Part shown: positions 10,790 to 23,849 of the stretch, piece by piece
Layout of the letters: each line of letters opens with the position of its first letter
Numbering within the stretch: position 1 is the stretch's first letter
Position numbers and translations under genes: made by a program
Source of the DNA: Macrostomum hystrix
Taxonomy: Eukaryota > Animalia > Platyhelminthes
Direction of reading: 5' to 3'
NCBI GenBank assembly: GCA_950097015.1
Contig: CATNEN010000039.1
Span: 12,524,001-12,588,000, forward strand
DNA length: 64,000 nucleotides
Notes under the pieces: generated by a model
What the model was told of the DNA's origin: nothing
Database searches by the model: none
What the model saw: only the letters and a program-made list of their open reading frames with translations

Positions 10790-13700
10790 ATGGCCGAAAG
10801 TCGATTGCCTTCGAAGCCGGCCGCGGACGAATTCGACGCTGCCGACTCGGCCGATCTGGACGATCAGAATCGCAGCGAGGACGAAGACGCTGATGAAGAT
10901 GACGATCACGACGATGACGGCGAAGATCACGAAGAGGATCTGCCGATGAGTGAGGATGTGCGCCAATTGCGGCGAGACAACGGCGCCAACGACCATTTTA
11001 CTCTACTAGGACCAGACGCTGTCCACGAGGAGATGCACCGCATTGTGCAGGTCACGTGACCTTGTAACTGTACCTCTGCCACCACAATACTCATTGTTCT
11101 CAAACCTGACTAATTAGCAATTACCTCCCCGCCCTAACAGGAGGTTTGCCAGATTGTTCAGCTGCCCAGTAGAGTCCTGCGCCTTCTGCTCAGCACCTAC
11201 CGCTGGGACAAAGACCTGCTACTCGAACGATTCTACGAGCGCGAGCCTGAGGACTTCTTGGCCAAGCACCACATACCGGCCAGTCAGTGGCGCACTGGCG
11301 CTTCTGGCGACGGCAGCTCTAGCGGCGGTCAGGTGAGAAGTAGATTCTTAGACCAACTTTGGCGGACAGGTGAGAAGTATATTCTTAGACCAACTTTGGC
11401 GGTCAGGTGAGAAGTAGATTCTTAGACCAACTTTGGCGGTCAGGTGAGAAGTATATTCTTAGACCAACTTTGGTGGACAGGTGAGAAGTAGATTCTTAGA
11501 CCAACTTTGGCGGACAGGTGAGAAGTAGATTCTTAGACCAACTTTGGCGGACAGGTGAGAAGTATATTCTTAGACCAACTTTGGTGGACAGGTGAGAAGT
11601 AGATTCTTAGACCAACTTTGGCGGTCAGGTGAGAAGTATATTCTTAGACCAACTTTGGCGGTCAGGTGAGAAGTAGATTCTTAGACCAACTTTGGCGGTC
11701 AGGTGAGAAGTAGATTCTTAGACCAACTTTGGCGGACAGGTGAGAAGTAGATTCTTAGACCAACTTTGGCGGATAGTTGAGAAGTAGATTCTCACCATAG
11801 ACTGTTGAGAAGTATATTCTCACCATTCTCATGATTCTCACCAGGTGAGATCTAGATTCCTATCGTAGACAGGTGCAAAGTAGATTCTTAGTCTCGTATA
11901 CATAGACACGTGAGATTCTTAGACTTAACTTTGTTAGACAGGTGAGTAGTATAGTCTTACCATAGACAAGGGAGAAGTAGATGTTCATCATAGCCAGTTT
12001 AAAAAGGCTTAAAATGTCGAACTCACACTGACATCGTTAACTATCCAGACGTCGATGCTGTGCGAAATCTGCTGCCAAAGCCGGCCATGCGGTGGCATGC
12101 TGGGCAGCGGCTGCGGTCACGTGTTCTGCGTGGACTGCTACAGATCCTACGTCAGCCAGCGAATGATTCAAGCTGGCCAGTTTGAGGGCCTTCAGTGCCC
12201 GGCCTTCGAGTGTCGCGCTCTCCTAGACGACCAGCTGGTCCTTCGGCTGCTGTCAGGCTCAGCCAAGCTGCGGGCCCAGTTCCAGAAGGCTCTCGTCACC
12301 AACTTTGTCACCTGCAATCGCCGACTGGCCTTCTGTCCGGGCGCCGACTGCGAGTGCGTCGTCCGGCTGCTGGACGACGCCGGCTTGCGGGCCTGCCGAG
12401 TCACCTGCCACTGCGGCAAGACCTTCTGCTTCGCATGCGCTCAGGTTGGGAGGGGGGCTGAAGTTTTTCTGTGTTTGCGTCTCGGATTGTCTAGGGCCAG
12501 GTGTGCAGCCGACAGCACAGCCGCAGCTATTGCTCCATGGACTGAAGGGGCAACCACCCTCAATTTCCCCAGCTGGTGCTGATGCCCATTTATTAACAGC
12601 TGAGTGAGCTGAAGCAATGCATAGTTTAGTGTCTTGCTAAATGACACAAATTGTCCCAATAGAGTCGGGAATCGAACCTAAGACCTTCAAGTCGTGAGTC
12701 CGACGCTATAAACACTAGGCAAAACCCACCTTGCTTGAATCTCAGCCTAAGCCCTAAGCGAAACAAATTGAGTCCTTGATAGAAGCAACTCTAATTCCCT
12801 CCGAATGCTTTAGTTTATCTAGCTGGGAAATGGATTACATTGCTACTACCTGTCCGCGGACTGAAAAGCTGTACACAACCTTAAGAAGCATCGCATAATG
12901 GCTGTGGTATTGCCGCTGGCTGTACATGTGGCTCGATTGTGCTAGGTGCCAATTTTTTGTCAGTCTTATTTAATTTCAGTATCAATCGCATCATTATGTC
13001 CATCAATCTATATATCTTGATCTTAATATTATCTCTCACAATGCCTATCTTCTCTAAATCTAAATCAAATTTCGTTAATATCAATCTCATGCTTATCAAT
13101 CTCAATCTCATGATTATCAATCTCAATCTCATGCTTATCTATTTCAATCTCATGCTTATCTATTTCAATCACATGCTTATCAATCTCAATCTCATGTTTA
13201 TCTATCTTAATCTCATGATTATCAATAAAAGTCTGATGTTTATCTATCTCAATCTCATGATTATCAATCTCAATCTCATGCTTATCAATTTCAATCACAT
13301 GTTTATCTATTTCAATCTCATGCTTATCAGTTTAAATCTCATGTCCATCAATCTCAATCTCAATCTCAGTATTCCTATCATCATGCTGCCTAATGAATCA
13401 ACATTCGCCCAACCCCGTCACCAACCGCGGCAGGACTGGCACGAGCCAATCACCTGTGACATGCTGCGTCGCTGGCAGCAGAAGAACGCTGGCGAGTCCA
13501 TGAGCACCCAGTGGTTCATGGCCAACACTAAGGAGTGCCCAAAGTGTCACGCCACTATTGAGAAGAATGGCGGCTGCAATCACATGAAATGTCGCAACGC
13601 CACCTGCAATCACGAATTCTGCTGGGTCTGCATGGACGACTGGCAGCCGCACGGCAAGGAATGGTACAACTGTAATCGGTGAGTGACATTTGGAGCATGC

Positions 13701-15000
13701 GCCTGCTGACCTACTGTGAGTAGACATGCTTATCTGTAGTAAAGACAGGATGTACTAGTGGAAAGCGGGATGGGTTAGGACATGGCAGGATGGGTTAGGA
13801 CATGGCAGGATGGGTTAGGACAAGACAGGATGGGTTAGGACAAGACAGGATGGGTTAGGACATGGCAGGATGGGTTAGGACATGGCAGGATGGGTTAGGA
13901 CATGGCAGGATGGGTTAGGACATGGCAGAATGGGTTAGGACAAGACAGGATGGGTTAGGACATGGCAGGATGGGTTAGGACATGGCAGAATGGGTTAGGA
14001 CATGGCAGAATGGGTTAGGACATGGCAGAATGGGTTAGGACATGGCAGGATGGGTTAGGACATGGCAGGATGGGTTAGGACATGGCAGAATGGGTTAGGA
14101 CATGGCAGGATGGGTTAGGACATGGCAGAATGGGTTAGGACAAGACAGGATGGGTTAGGATAGGACAGGATGGGTTAGGACAGGACAGAATGGGTTAGGA
14201 CAGGACAGGATGGGTTAGGACAGGACAGGATGGGTTAGGACAGGACAGAATGGGTTAGGACAAGGTGGATTAGGATAGGACAAGACAGGATGGGTTAGGA
14301 CAGGACAGAATGGGTTAGGACAAGGTGGATTAGGATAGGACAAGACAGGATGGGTTAGGACAGGACAGAATGGGTTAGGACAATGTGGATTAGGATAGGA
14401 CAAGACAGATAGGTTCGCAAAACACAAGACAAGCACAGCAGTATTCCACGCCACTGTGTCTTTTATCGCCACAGCTTCGATGAGGAGCGGGCCGAGCGGG
14501 TTCGCCGGCAGCAGGCCCTGTCGCGCAACTACCTGTCCCGCTATCTGCACTATTACGATCTGTACATGAATCACTTCAAATCGTTGGAGTTCGAGGCCCG
14601 CCTGCAGGATACTGTGCACGTCAAGATGGACGAGATGCAGTACCACGGGCTCAGTTGGATTGAAGTGAAATTTCTGCGCGACGCAGTTGCTGTGCTGTGT
14701 AACTGTCGCCGAGTGCTGATGTACACCTACGTGTTTGCTTATTACCTTAAGCCCAGCAATCAGCAAAGAATATTTGAGGACAATCAGCGAAATCTGCAGC
14801 TGGCCACCGAGGATCTGAGCGAAGTACTAGAACGTGAGCTGCAGCTTGAGAACATTGCCCAGCTCAAACGCCTGGTGCAGGACAAATTTCGCTACTGCGA
14901 GACCAGATCGGCCGCCCTGCTGGACCATGTCTACGAAGGCTACCGGCTTGCCTGCTGGGATTTTGAGTTCAACGAAGGCCTTCGTCTGAACCTCGTCTGA
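10790..15000 (+). CDS. ARIH1: Ariadne-1-like RBR E3 ubiquitin ligase; exons 10790-11050, 11141-11332, 12049-12444, 13434-13678, 14475-15000
   Basis: Acidic N-terminus, UBA-like [16 protein letters not shown]1, IBR, RING2 [19 protein letters not shown] with catalytic Cys, Ariadne domain [13 protein letters not shown]. All four introns are GT-AG with matching phases. Confidence 0.9.
11323..11790 (+). repeat. 37-bp minisatellite (~12 copies) spanning the ARIH1 exon 2 splice donor
   Basis: Unit GGCGGWCAGGTGAGAAGTAKATTCTTAGACCAACTTT. Confidence 0.95.
12494..12725 (-). mobile_element. SINE family A in ARIH1 intron 3
   Basis: Reverse-complement tRNA-like head (GGGAATCGAACC..TCCGACGC..CACTAGGC) plus CORE-like body. 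Confidence 0.75.
13078..13370 (+). repeat. 21-bp minisatellite in ARIH1 intron 3
   Basis: Unit ATCAATCTCAATCTCATGCTT, ~14 copies. Confidence 0.9.
13768..14410 (+). repeat. 20-bp G-rich minisatellite in ARIH1 intron 4
   Basis: Unit GGATGGGTTAGGACATGGCA, ~32 copies. Confidence 0.95.
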
Positions 15001-16924
15001 TATTGAACCGCGACTGCTCATATATTGATTCTAACCCGACATGTGTGTGTGTGTTTGACCGTGCGTGCTATTTCTAATCACCGATTAAAGAATTATTTAT
15101 GACCCGGAAGTGACACTTAATTACCTGAGAGGTCCAGAGTTCGAATCTCAGCCCCATGAGGGAATATAATTTTACCAATAAAATATTCGCAGAGGGCTAC
15201 TATGAGTGGAAAGACTACGTTTCTTAGAAAAAATGTAGAGAGGCTAGCTTTTACCATAGACGGAGGTATCTCTTTCAGGTCTCAGATTTCTTTGTCTCAC
15301 TCTCTCCTCCCTGAGCTAGATTTTTCTCTCGCATGTGCTTTGCTTGTCTAGTTATTCGATAGTCTGTTGTAGCTGCAAATAACTTAATTAATTAAAGCGC
15401 TTGTTCTTGATTTTAATATTTAAACAAAAATCGGTCGTTTATGTCCATTTCATTCTACTCAGCAAGTAGAAATGCAGCATCTCTATTATCTTATTATTGT
15501 TCGCTGATAGTATAATTTTACCTATAGGGCATAGGAGTTTGTTGATCTGGCTATTTAGCATGTTGTCAGCAGTCGCATGTCTTCCATTTCGGCTGCTCAC
15601 ACTCTCAAATAATCGATAATTGCGCAATCATTGGTCAGCGGGACCGACCAACCAATCCCAAGCTCCGATCTGTGTCCTCAGTATGCGCCAGCTTTGATTG
15701 GTTGTTTAAATCTTTGTTTTAAAGTGGCCAGTTTTTTCGCTGCTTTTTATCCCGTAATTTCTTCCTTTCCACCATGAACCCAAGGTCAAACCAGCTGCCA
15801 TCAATTGTCAAACCTGTCAACTTTTTTCTTCTTACTTATCTGATTTATATTAGTTATGACACAGAGAATGTCAAAGTTTATCATTTTTGTCTAAGTTTGA
15901 CCACTCATGTCTCAAAGGAGTTGTTTATTAACCTTTATCTTAGATTGAATGTACATTCGTGCATGTACATTCTTCTCTGCCCCGCTGACTGCCGCAATGC
16001 GCCTGCAACTTTCGCCAACCCCACGGCTACAGAAAATAATTACAGCCAACTGCTTAGTCAGGCGAGCTATCAAAGATTGCTACAATGTACATTCTTCCTA
16101 GCGCGGCCGCGCACCCACCACACGCCCTCACTGTTAAACTATAGTCACGTGACGGAAAACCCTCTGTCCCGTCAAGCGCTTCTAGCCAATCAGCGATGAG
16201 CTAAATGTTTATAGCTTTCATATACTATTATTCAGCATTAATGTTATCATTCAAATGCAAAATAAAAAATGCACCATTTTTAATCCCTATGTAATTTGCC
16301 TTCTTCTTAATGGACTTTCTTTCAGCTTGGCTAGCTGACTTCGGTGTGATTTGGTTCTTATTGAGCTTGTCGTCCATCATGTCTCTTAATACGCCATTTT
16401 TTATTTATCATTTTCGTCTGATTTTCAACCGAACCCTGTCCCGTCCCCCTAATAATAAACAATTGTTTCGTGATAGAATAAATATTAATAATATCATATA
16501 TACACACTCTTCTACTCGTGTGAGTAGCGTAATTTGTGCACTAACTTATTCATTGCTGCGGGAGACAAGATACACCCCGAGTATCACAAACTAAATGGTT
16601 CCAGTTCTAGACAAAAATAAATGCGTTCTGTGCACCCTAATTGATTTTCAAAAGACCCCAATATTACCTTTGCTGCTATTTGTGACTGAATTATCCAATA
16701 AATCTATTCGGTATAAAGGAGACTGGCAAGCAGCCTCTGTTGCCTCAACCTTTTTTTACCAAGTCTGTCTTTCTGTCAGATAATCTGAGGGAATGCACTA
16801 ATCTGTGCGCGGATACATGCCCTTGACCGGGCTCTAAGCTTTTTTTCGGATTAAATAATGCTCTTAATTGTGAGTCCTTTATGGATCCCATTCATATATT
16901 CATCCGTTCAAGCACCAGTTCGTC

Positions 16925-18800
16925 CTTCCATCCATCCATCAATCCATCCATCAATCCATCCATCCATCCATCCATCCATCCATCAATCCATCCATCCATC
17001 CATCAATCTATCAATCCATCCATCCATCCATCCATCAATCTATCAATCCATCCATCCATCCATCCATCAATCCATCCATCCATCCATCCATCCATCCATC
17101 CATCAATCCATCCATCCATCCATCTATCAATCCATCAATCAATCTATCAATCCATCCATCAATCCATCCATCCATCAATCTATCAATCCATCCATCCATC
17201 CATCAATCTATCAATCCACCCATCCATCCATCCATCCATCAATCTATCAATCCATCCATCCATCCATCCATTCATCCATCCATCAATCTATCAATCCATC
17301 TATCCATCCATTCATCCATCCATTCATCCATCAATCCATCCATCCATCCATCCATTCATCCGTTCATCCATCAATCCATCCATCAATCTATCAATCCATC
17401 CATCCATCCATCCATCCATGAATCCATCCATCCATCCATCCATCAATCTATCAATCCATCCATCAATCCATCCATCCATCAATCTATCAATCCATCCATC
17501 AATCCATCCATCCATCAATCTATCAATCCATCCATCAATCCATCCATCCATCAATCTATCAATCCATCCATCCATCCATCCATCCATCCATTCATCCATC
17601 AATCCATCCATCCATCCATCCATCCATTCATCCATCAATCCATCCATCTATCCACCCGACAATCCATCAATTCATCCATCAATTATTCATACCTATATCC
17701 ATCCATACATTAGTCAATCCACCTATCAATCCATCAGCCCATCAATCCACCCATCAATCCATCAGCCCATCAATCTAGCCATCAATCCATCAGCTCATCA
17801 ATCCACCCATCAATCCATCAGCTCATCAATCCACCCATCAATCCATCAGCCCATCAATCCACCCATCAATCCATCAGCCCATCAATCCACCCATCAATCC
17901 ATCAGCTCATCAATCCACCCATCAATCCATCAGCCCATCAATCCACCCATCAATCCATCAGCCCATCAATCCACCCATCAATCCATCAGCTCATCAATCC
18001 ACCCATCAATCCATCAGCTCATCAATCCACCCATCAATCCATCAGCCCATCAATCCACCCATCAATCCATCAGCTCATCAATCCACCCATCAATCCATCA
18101 GCTCATCAATCCACCCATCAATCCATCAGCCCATCAATCCACCCATCAATCCATCAGCTCATCAATCCACCCATCAATCCATCAGCCCATCAATCCACCC
18201 ATCAATCCATCAGCTCATCAATCCACCCATCAATCCATCAGCTCATCAATCCACCCATCAATCCATCAGCTCATCAATCCACCCATCAATCCATCAGCCC
18301 ATCAATCCAACCATCAATCCATCAGCCCATCAATCCACCCATCAATCCATCAGCTTATCAATCCACCCATCAATCCATCAGCTCATCAATCCACCCATCA
18401 ATTCATCAGCTCATCAATCCACCCATCAATCCATCAGCTCATCAATCCACCCATCAATCCATCAGCTCATCAATCCACCCATCAATCCATCAGCCCATCA
18501 ATCCACCCATCAATCCATCAGCTCATCAATCCACCCATCAATCCATCAGCTCATCAATCCACCCATCAATCCATCAGCCCATCAATCCACCCATCAATCC
18601 ATCAGCTCATCAATCCACCCATCAATCCATCAGCCCATCAATCCACCCATCAATCCATCAGCTCATCAATCCACCCATCAATCCATCAGCCCATCAATCC
18701 ACCCATCAATCCATCAGCCCATCAATCCACCCATCATCTATCCATCAATCTCTCCATCAATTTATCCATCAATCCACCCATTGATCTATCCATCCATCTA
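16925..18800 (+). repeat. (ATCC)n microsatellite grading into a 28-bp minisatellite
   Basis: ATCC/ATCA units to ~17650, then ATCAATCCACCCATCAATCCATCAGCYC. Confidence 0.95.
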
Positions 18801-18898
18801 GCTATCTACCCAAACACTCAAAGAGCTCACTAGTACGAGTATATATCGCACTACGTATCTACTTAGTAGTAAATAGAAATAATTAATATGCATTAGCT

Positions 18899-19803
18899 AT
18901 ATTTTTATTGTTAAGTCTGTCAAACTGTTCATAGTCAGTAACCTAACGATTGCCCATAGCCTACAATGAGTGTCTAAGCGAAAAATGTTTGCCAACTCAT
19001 ATTTTTATTGTTAAGTCTGTCAAACTGTTCATAGTCAGTAACCTAACGATTGCCCTTAGCCTACAATGAGTGTCTAAGCGAAAAATGTTTGCCAACTCAT
19101 ATTTTTATTGTTAAGTCTGTCAAACTGTTCATAGTCAGTAACCTAACGATTGCCCTTAGCCTACAATGAGTGTCTAAGCGAAAAATGTTTGCCAACTCAT
19201 ATTTTTATTGTTAAGTCTGTCAAACTGTTCATAGTCAGTAACCTAACGATTGCCCTTAGCCTACAATGAGTGTCTAAGCGAAAAATGTTTGCCAACTCAT
19301 ATTTTTATTGTTAAGTCTGTCAAACTGTTCATAGTCAGTAACCTAACGATTGCCCTTAGCCTACAATGAGTGTCTAAGCGAAAAATGTTTGCCAACTCAT
19401 ATTTTTATTGTTAAGTCTGTCAAACTCTTCATAGTCAGTAACCTAACGATTGCCCTTAGCCTACAATGAGTGTCTAAGCGAAAAATGTTTGCCAACTCAT
19501 ATTTTTATTGTTAAGTCTGTCAAACTCTTCATAGTCAGTAACCTAACGATTGCCCTTAGCCTACAATGAGTGTCTAAGCGAAAAATGTTTGCCAACTCAT
19601 ATTTTTATTGTTAAGTCTGTCAAACTGTTCATAGTCAGTAACCTAACGATTGCCCATAGCCTACAATGAGTGTCTAAGCGAAAAATGTTTGCCAACTCAT
19701 ATTTTTATTGTTAAGTCTGTCAAACTGTTCATAGTCAGTAACCTAACGATTGCCCATAGCCTACAATGAGTGTCTAAGCGAAAAATGTTTGCCAACTCAT
19801 ATT
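18899..19803 (+). repeat. 100-bp tandem repeat, 9 near-identical copies
   Basis: Unit starts ATATTTTTATTGTTAAGTCTGTCAAAC; period exactly 100; two variable sites seen. Confidence 0.97.
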
Positions 19804-20198
19804 TGAATATTTTCTGCTTCTGCTTTTGGAAGCTGGAATGGGTAGGCCGCCTCCAGCTGTATCGTAAGTTGAATAATTAAACCCATAGATTGTGTAACCC
19901 AAGGCCTCTAAGGAGAATGTAGAAAGGAATGTCCTTGCAGTCTCAAGACTTGCTTGTCTTATAAATTTGCTGTTCAGCTGGCCTAGGCTACACAGTGTGG
20001 ATTAGTAAACTGATAGGCCGGATGCAGAATACTTATGCATACTCCATCCTAATCATTTTCCCGGCTTTTTCAGTATTATGAAGGTCAGAAAATTTGTGTT
20101 TCTTGAGGCTCAAAATATTTTTAGCAGCTAGTGATGGACATAGCAAAATACATTGCAAAATGAACTTCATCTTATCCCGGTTGGCAGGCATAGACCTT

Positions 20199-21830
20199 TA
20201 ATCCCTTGATAAACTCTTCTTAAATCCCTTAATAAACTCTCCTTAAATCCCTTGATAAACTCTCCTTAAATCCCTTGATAAACTCTCCTGAAATCCCTTG
20301 GTAAACTCTCCTTAAATCCCTTGATAAACTCTCCTTAAATCCCTTGATAAACTCTCCTGAAATCCCTTGGTAAACTCTCCTTAAATCCCTTGACAAACTC
20401 TCCTGAAATCCCTTGATAAACTCTCCTTAAATCCCTTGATAAACTCTCCTGAAATCCCTTGATAAACTCTCCTTAAATCCCTTGATAAACTCTCCTTAAA
20501 TCCCTTGATAAACTCTCCTTAAATCCCTTGATAAACTCTCCTTAAATCCCTTGATAAACTCTTCTTAAATCCCTTGATAAACTCTCCTTAAATCCCTTGA
20601 TAAACTCTCCTTAAATCCCTTGATAAACTCTTCTTAAATCCCTTGATAAACTCTCCTTAAATCCCTTGATAAACTCTCCTTTAATCCCTTGATAAACTCT
20701 TCTTAAATCCCTTGATAAACTCTCCTTAAATCCCTTGATAAACTCTCCTGAAATCCCTTGGTAAACTCTCCTTAAATCCCTTGATAAACTCTCCTTAAAT
20801 CCCTTGATAAACTCTCCTGAAATCCCTTGGTAAACTCTCCTTAAATCCCTTGATAAACTCTCCTGAAATCCCTTGATAAACTCTCCTTAAATCCCTTGAT
20901 AAACTCTCCTTAAATCCCTTGATAAACTCTCCTTAAATCCCTGGATAAACTCTTCTTAAATCCCTTGATAAACTCTTCTTAAATCCCTTAATAAACTCTC
21001 CTTAAATCCCTTGGTAAACTCTCCTGAAATCCCTTGGTAAACTCTCCTTAAATCCCTTGATAAACTCTCCTGAAATCCCTTGGTAAACTCTCCTTAAATC
21101 CCTTGATAAACTCTCCTGAAATCCCTTGATAAACTCTCCTTAAATCCCTTGATAAACTCTTCTTAAATCCCTTGATAAACTCTTCTTAAATCCCTTGATA
21201 AACTCTTCTTAAATCCCTTGATAAACTCTTCTTAAATCCCTTGATAAACTTTCCTTAAATCCCTTGATAAACTCTCCTTAAATCCCTTGATAAACTCTCC
21301 TTAAATCCCTTGATAAACTCTCCTGAAATCCCTTGATAAACTCTCCTTAAATCCCTTGATAAACTCTCCTTAAATCCCTTGATAAACTCTCCTTAAATCC
21401 CTTGATAAACTCTTCTTAAATCCCTTGATAAACTCTTCTTAAATCCCTTGATAAACTCTCCTTTAATCCCTTGATAAACTCTTCTTAAATCCCTTGGTAA
21501 ACTCTTCTTAAATCCCTTGATAAACTCTTCTTAAATCCCTTGATAAACTCTCCTTAAAACCCTTGATAAACTTTCCTTAAATCCCTTGATAAACGCTCCT
21601 TAAATCCCTTGATAAACTCTCCTTAAATCCCTTGATAAACTCTCCTTAAATCCCTTGATAAACTCTCCTTAAATCCCTTGATAAACTCTCCTTAAATCCC
21701 TTGATAAACTCTCCTTAAATCCCTTGATAAACTCTCCTTAAATCCTTTGATAAACTCTCCTTAAATCCCTTGATAAACTCTCCTTAAATCCCTTGATAAA
21801 CTCTCCTGAAATCCCTTGATAAACTTTCCT
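20199..21830 (+). repeat. 23-bp minisatellite (~70 copies)
   Basis: Unit AAATCCCTTGATAAACTCTCCTT. Confidence 0.97.
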
Positions 21831-22879
21831 AAAGGCCGTAGATTGCGAGGTCTTCCGCAAAAGTAGATAATCTCCGAGCTCCTAATTGATTGGTGCTATC
21901 AAACTAGAAGATTATAATCGAGCAATTTTGTCAGGAGGTTACTGAACACAAACAGTGGTTAGAATTGGTGGATCTGTCGAATTTATCGAATTCGAATCGA
22001 ATTTAATTGCCATTTAAATTTCTTCCAATTAGTGAAAGACCAGTGTGTGAGTGTGTCTCGTTGATGGAACTGATTGTTCTGCGAGCAAATAGTCTGCATG
22101 CGCCATTGGTTTCTGATTTAAATTATTTTTTTCTTTCCAAACTCGGGGGGGAAATCTTATTCCGTGTCCACTGCCGTGGGAAAACGGGCAGGCGTCTTCG
22201 AGCACTTGTTTGCCGCCCGGTAGCTAGGGTTGGGTTGCGTGCCTCCCAGCGACTGCTCAGTTCCTTCCGGCTCGATGTGTTTCTGGCTCCCCGAAGCGTC
22301 TAGAAATATTGAACCATTCCTGTTCGATTCTAGTGAATGCAGCAGCAGCAGCAGCGGAATATTTTATACGAGACTCTATGAGAACATCTTCGATTTCTGC
22401 TGTCTCGAATTTTCATTTCCCCACGCAGACGGGCCGCGATGAGTTTGCTCATACCCCTCTCCCTCCTCGCTGGCCAATGATCAGTTCGAAAATAACCAAG
22501 TTCGACTGCGCATACTAATGCCAGTCCTTCTGCCCCGTCCCAGTCACTGTATTATCGACTTATCGATCGACTGCTAGCTCTGTGACGGGCGCCATATTTT
22601 GCCTCTAGTAACTATGCAATCATTTTGTTTCTGCTCGATTTTCGGCTGTTTCCGAGTCCTCTGGAATCGAACTGGCAAGCTGGAGACACTCTAAAAGTGC
22701 GAAGCGTTTTCTTGTCAGCGTTTTATGTCTCGGCGAATCTCAGCCTATACGAAATGATTAACGTTTCCTTGAGCAGGAAACTTTATTCCCGATTGCTTCA
22801 GAGTTCACGCAGCTGCTTAAAAAACTGGGTAGAATTTCGGTTATGGATTTCGCCCCCTTCAGGTAACAAAGCTCCGTTT

Positions 22880-23200
22880 TCACCCACCTCAAACCGCCTT
22901 AAGCGCCCACCTCACTCCAAACCGCCTTAAACGCTCACCTCACTCCACACCGCCTTAAACGCTCACCTCACTCCACACCGCCTTAAAGGCCCACCTCACT
23001 CCACACCGCCTTAAACGCCCATCTCACTCCACACCGCCTTAAACGCCCACCTCACTCCACACCGCCTTAAACGCCCACCTCACTCCACATCGCCTTAAAC
23101 CCCCATCTCACTCCACACTGCCTCAAACCCTCATTTTACTCCACACTGCTTTAAACGCCCACCTCACTCCACACCGCCTTACCCCCATCTCACTCCACAC
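22880..23200 (+). repeat. 28-bp minisatellite
   Basis: Unit CCGCCTTAAACGCCCACCTCACTCCACA. Confidence 0.9.
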
Positions 23201-23849
23201 CGGATTTTAAACCCGTACCCGGTTCTTCGAAGAATACTGTGCCACTCACTGTTCATTAGGCCCAACTTGACTTCATGTAGTGTCTGCATATTATTTAACT
23301 AGATTTTTGTCAGGAAGTTTAATGTTTTATTAAGAACATAGCATTTTGGCTAAAGAGGATGAGGAAGAAACTCGGGACAAAACTCATAGGGTTTCTATGG
23401 CACTCGTAAGTAGCGGCCATCCCATTGCTCGGATCCCAACTTTAAATTATAGAGTTCTGCAGTCAGTCTGCTGGCGTAGCTCGAATTGCGTGCCTTCTTG
23501 TCTGCCTCCACCTGTCCGCCCCCCTCGGGCCATTAAGTCTGACTTCGAGACGGGGGAATTCGGCTCAAAGTGGAACTCTTTCCAACGGAACTCGACTTAG
23601 TTGGATGCTTTTGGGATTTATCTTAGGGTAGGGGGTAGGAGCGGTCAAGTGAACGCTGCTTCAGTCCCATAAGTCACCTGCCTTATTAGGAGAGACTTGA
23701 AGGATTTGGAAAACTTGAGAGTTTAGCTTTAAATCGATTTAGTAAAAAGGTCTTCCTCTGGCGTGAAGGCTAAAGGCAAAATTTGTTTTTTTAATTGACT
23801 AAAACTATTTCAATTGTGAGTTTTTTGTATCACTCTCCTCCTGTTCCCC

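Noticed and set aside
12939-13433. Hydrophobic N-terminus of the 247-aa ORF
   Set aside because: Intronic 21-bp repeat read through into ARIH1 exon 4.
16858-18833. 650-aa and 187-aa Ser/Ile/His/Pro ORFs
   Set aside because: Translations of (ATCC)n and a 28-bp repeat; stop-free by composition.
18960-19000. Hammerhead ribozyme in the 100-bp unit (ATGAG..CGAAA)
   Set aside because: CUGANGA core absent and stems do not form.
18899-21830. CRISPR-like regular arrays
   Set aside because: Head-to-tail repeats with no unique spacers, no cas genes, eukaryotic context.
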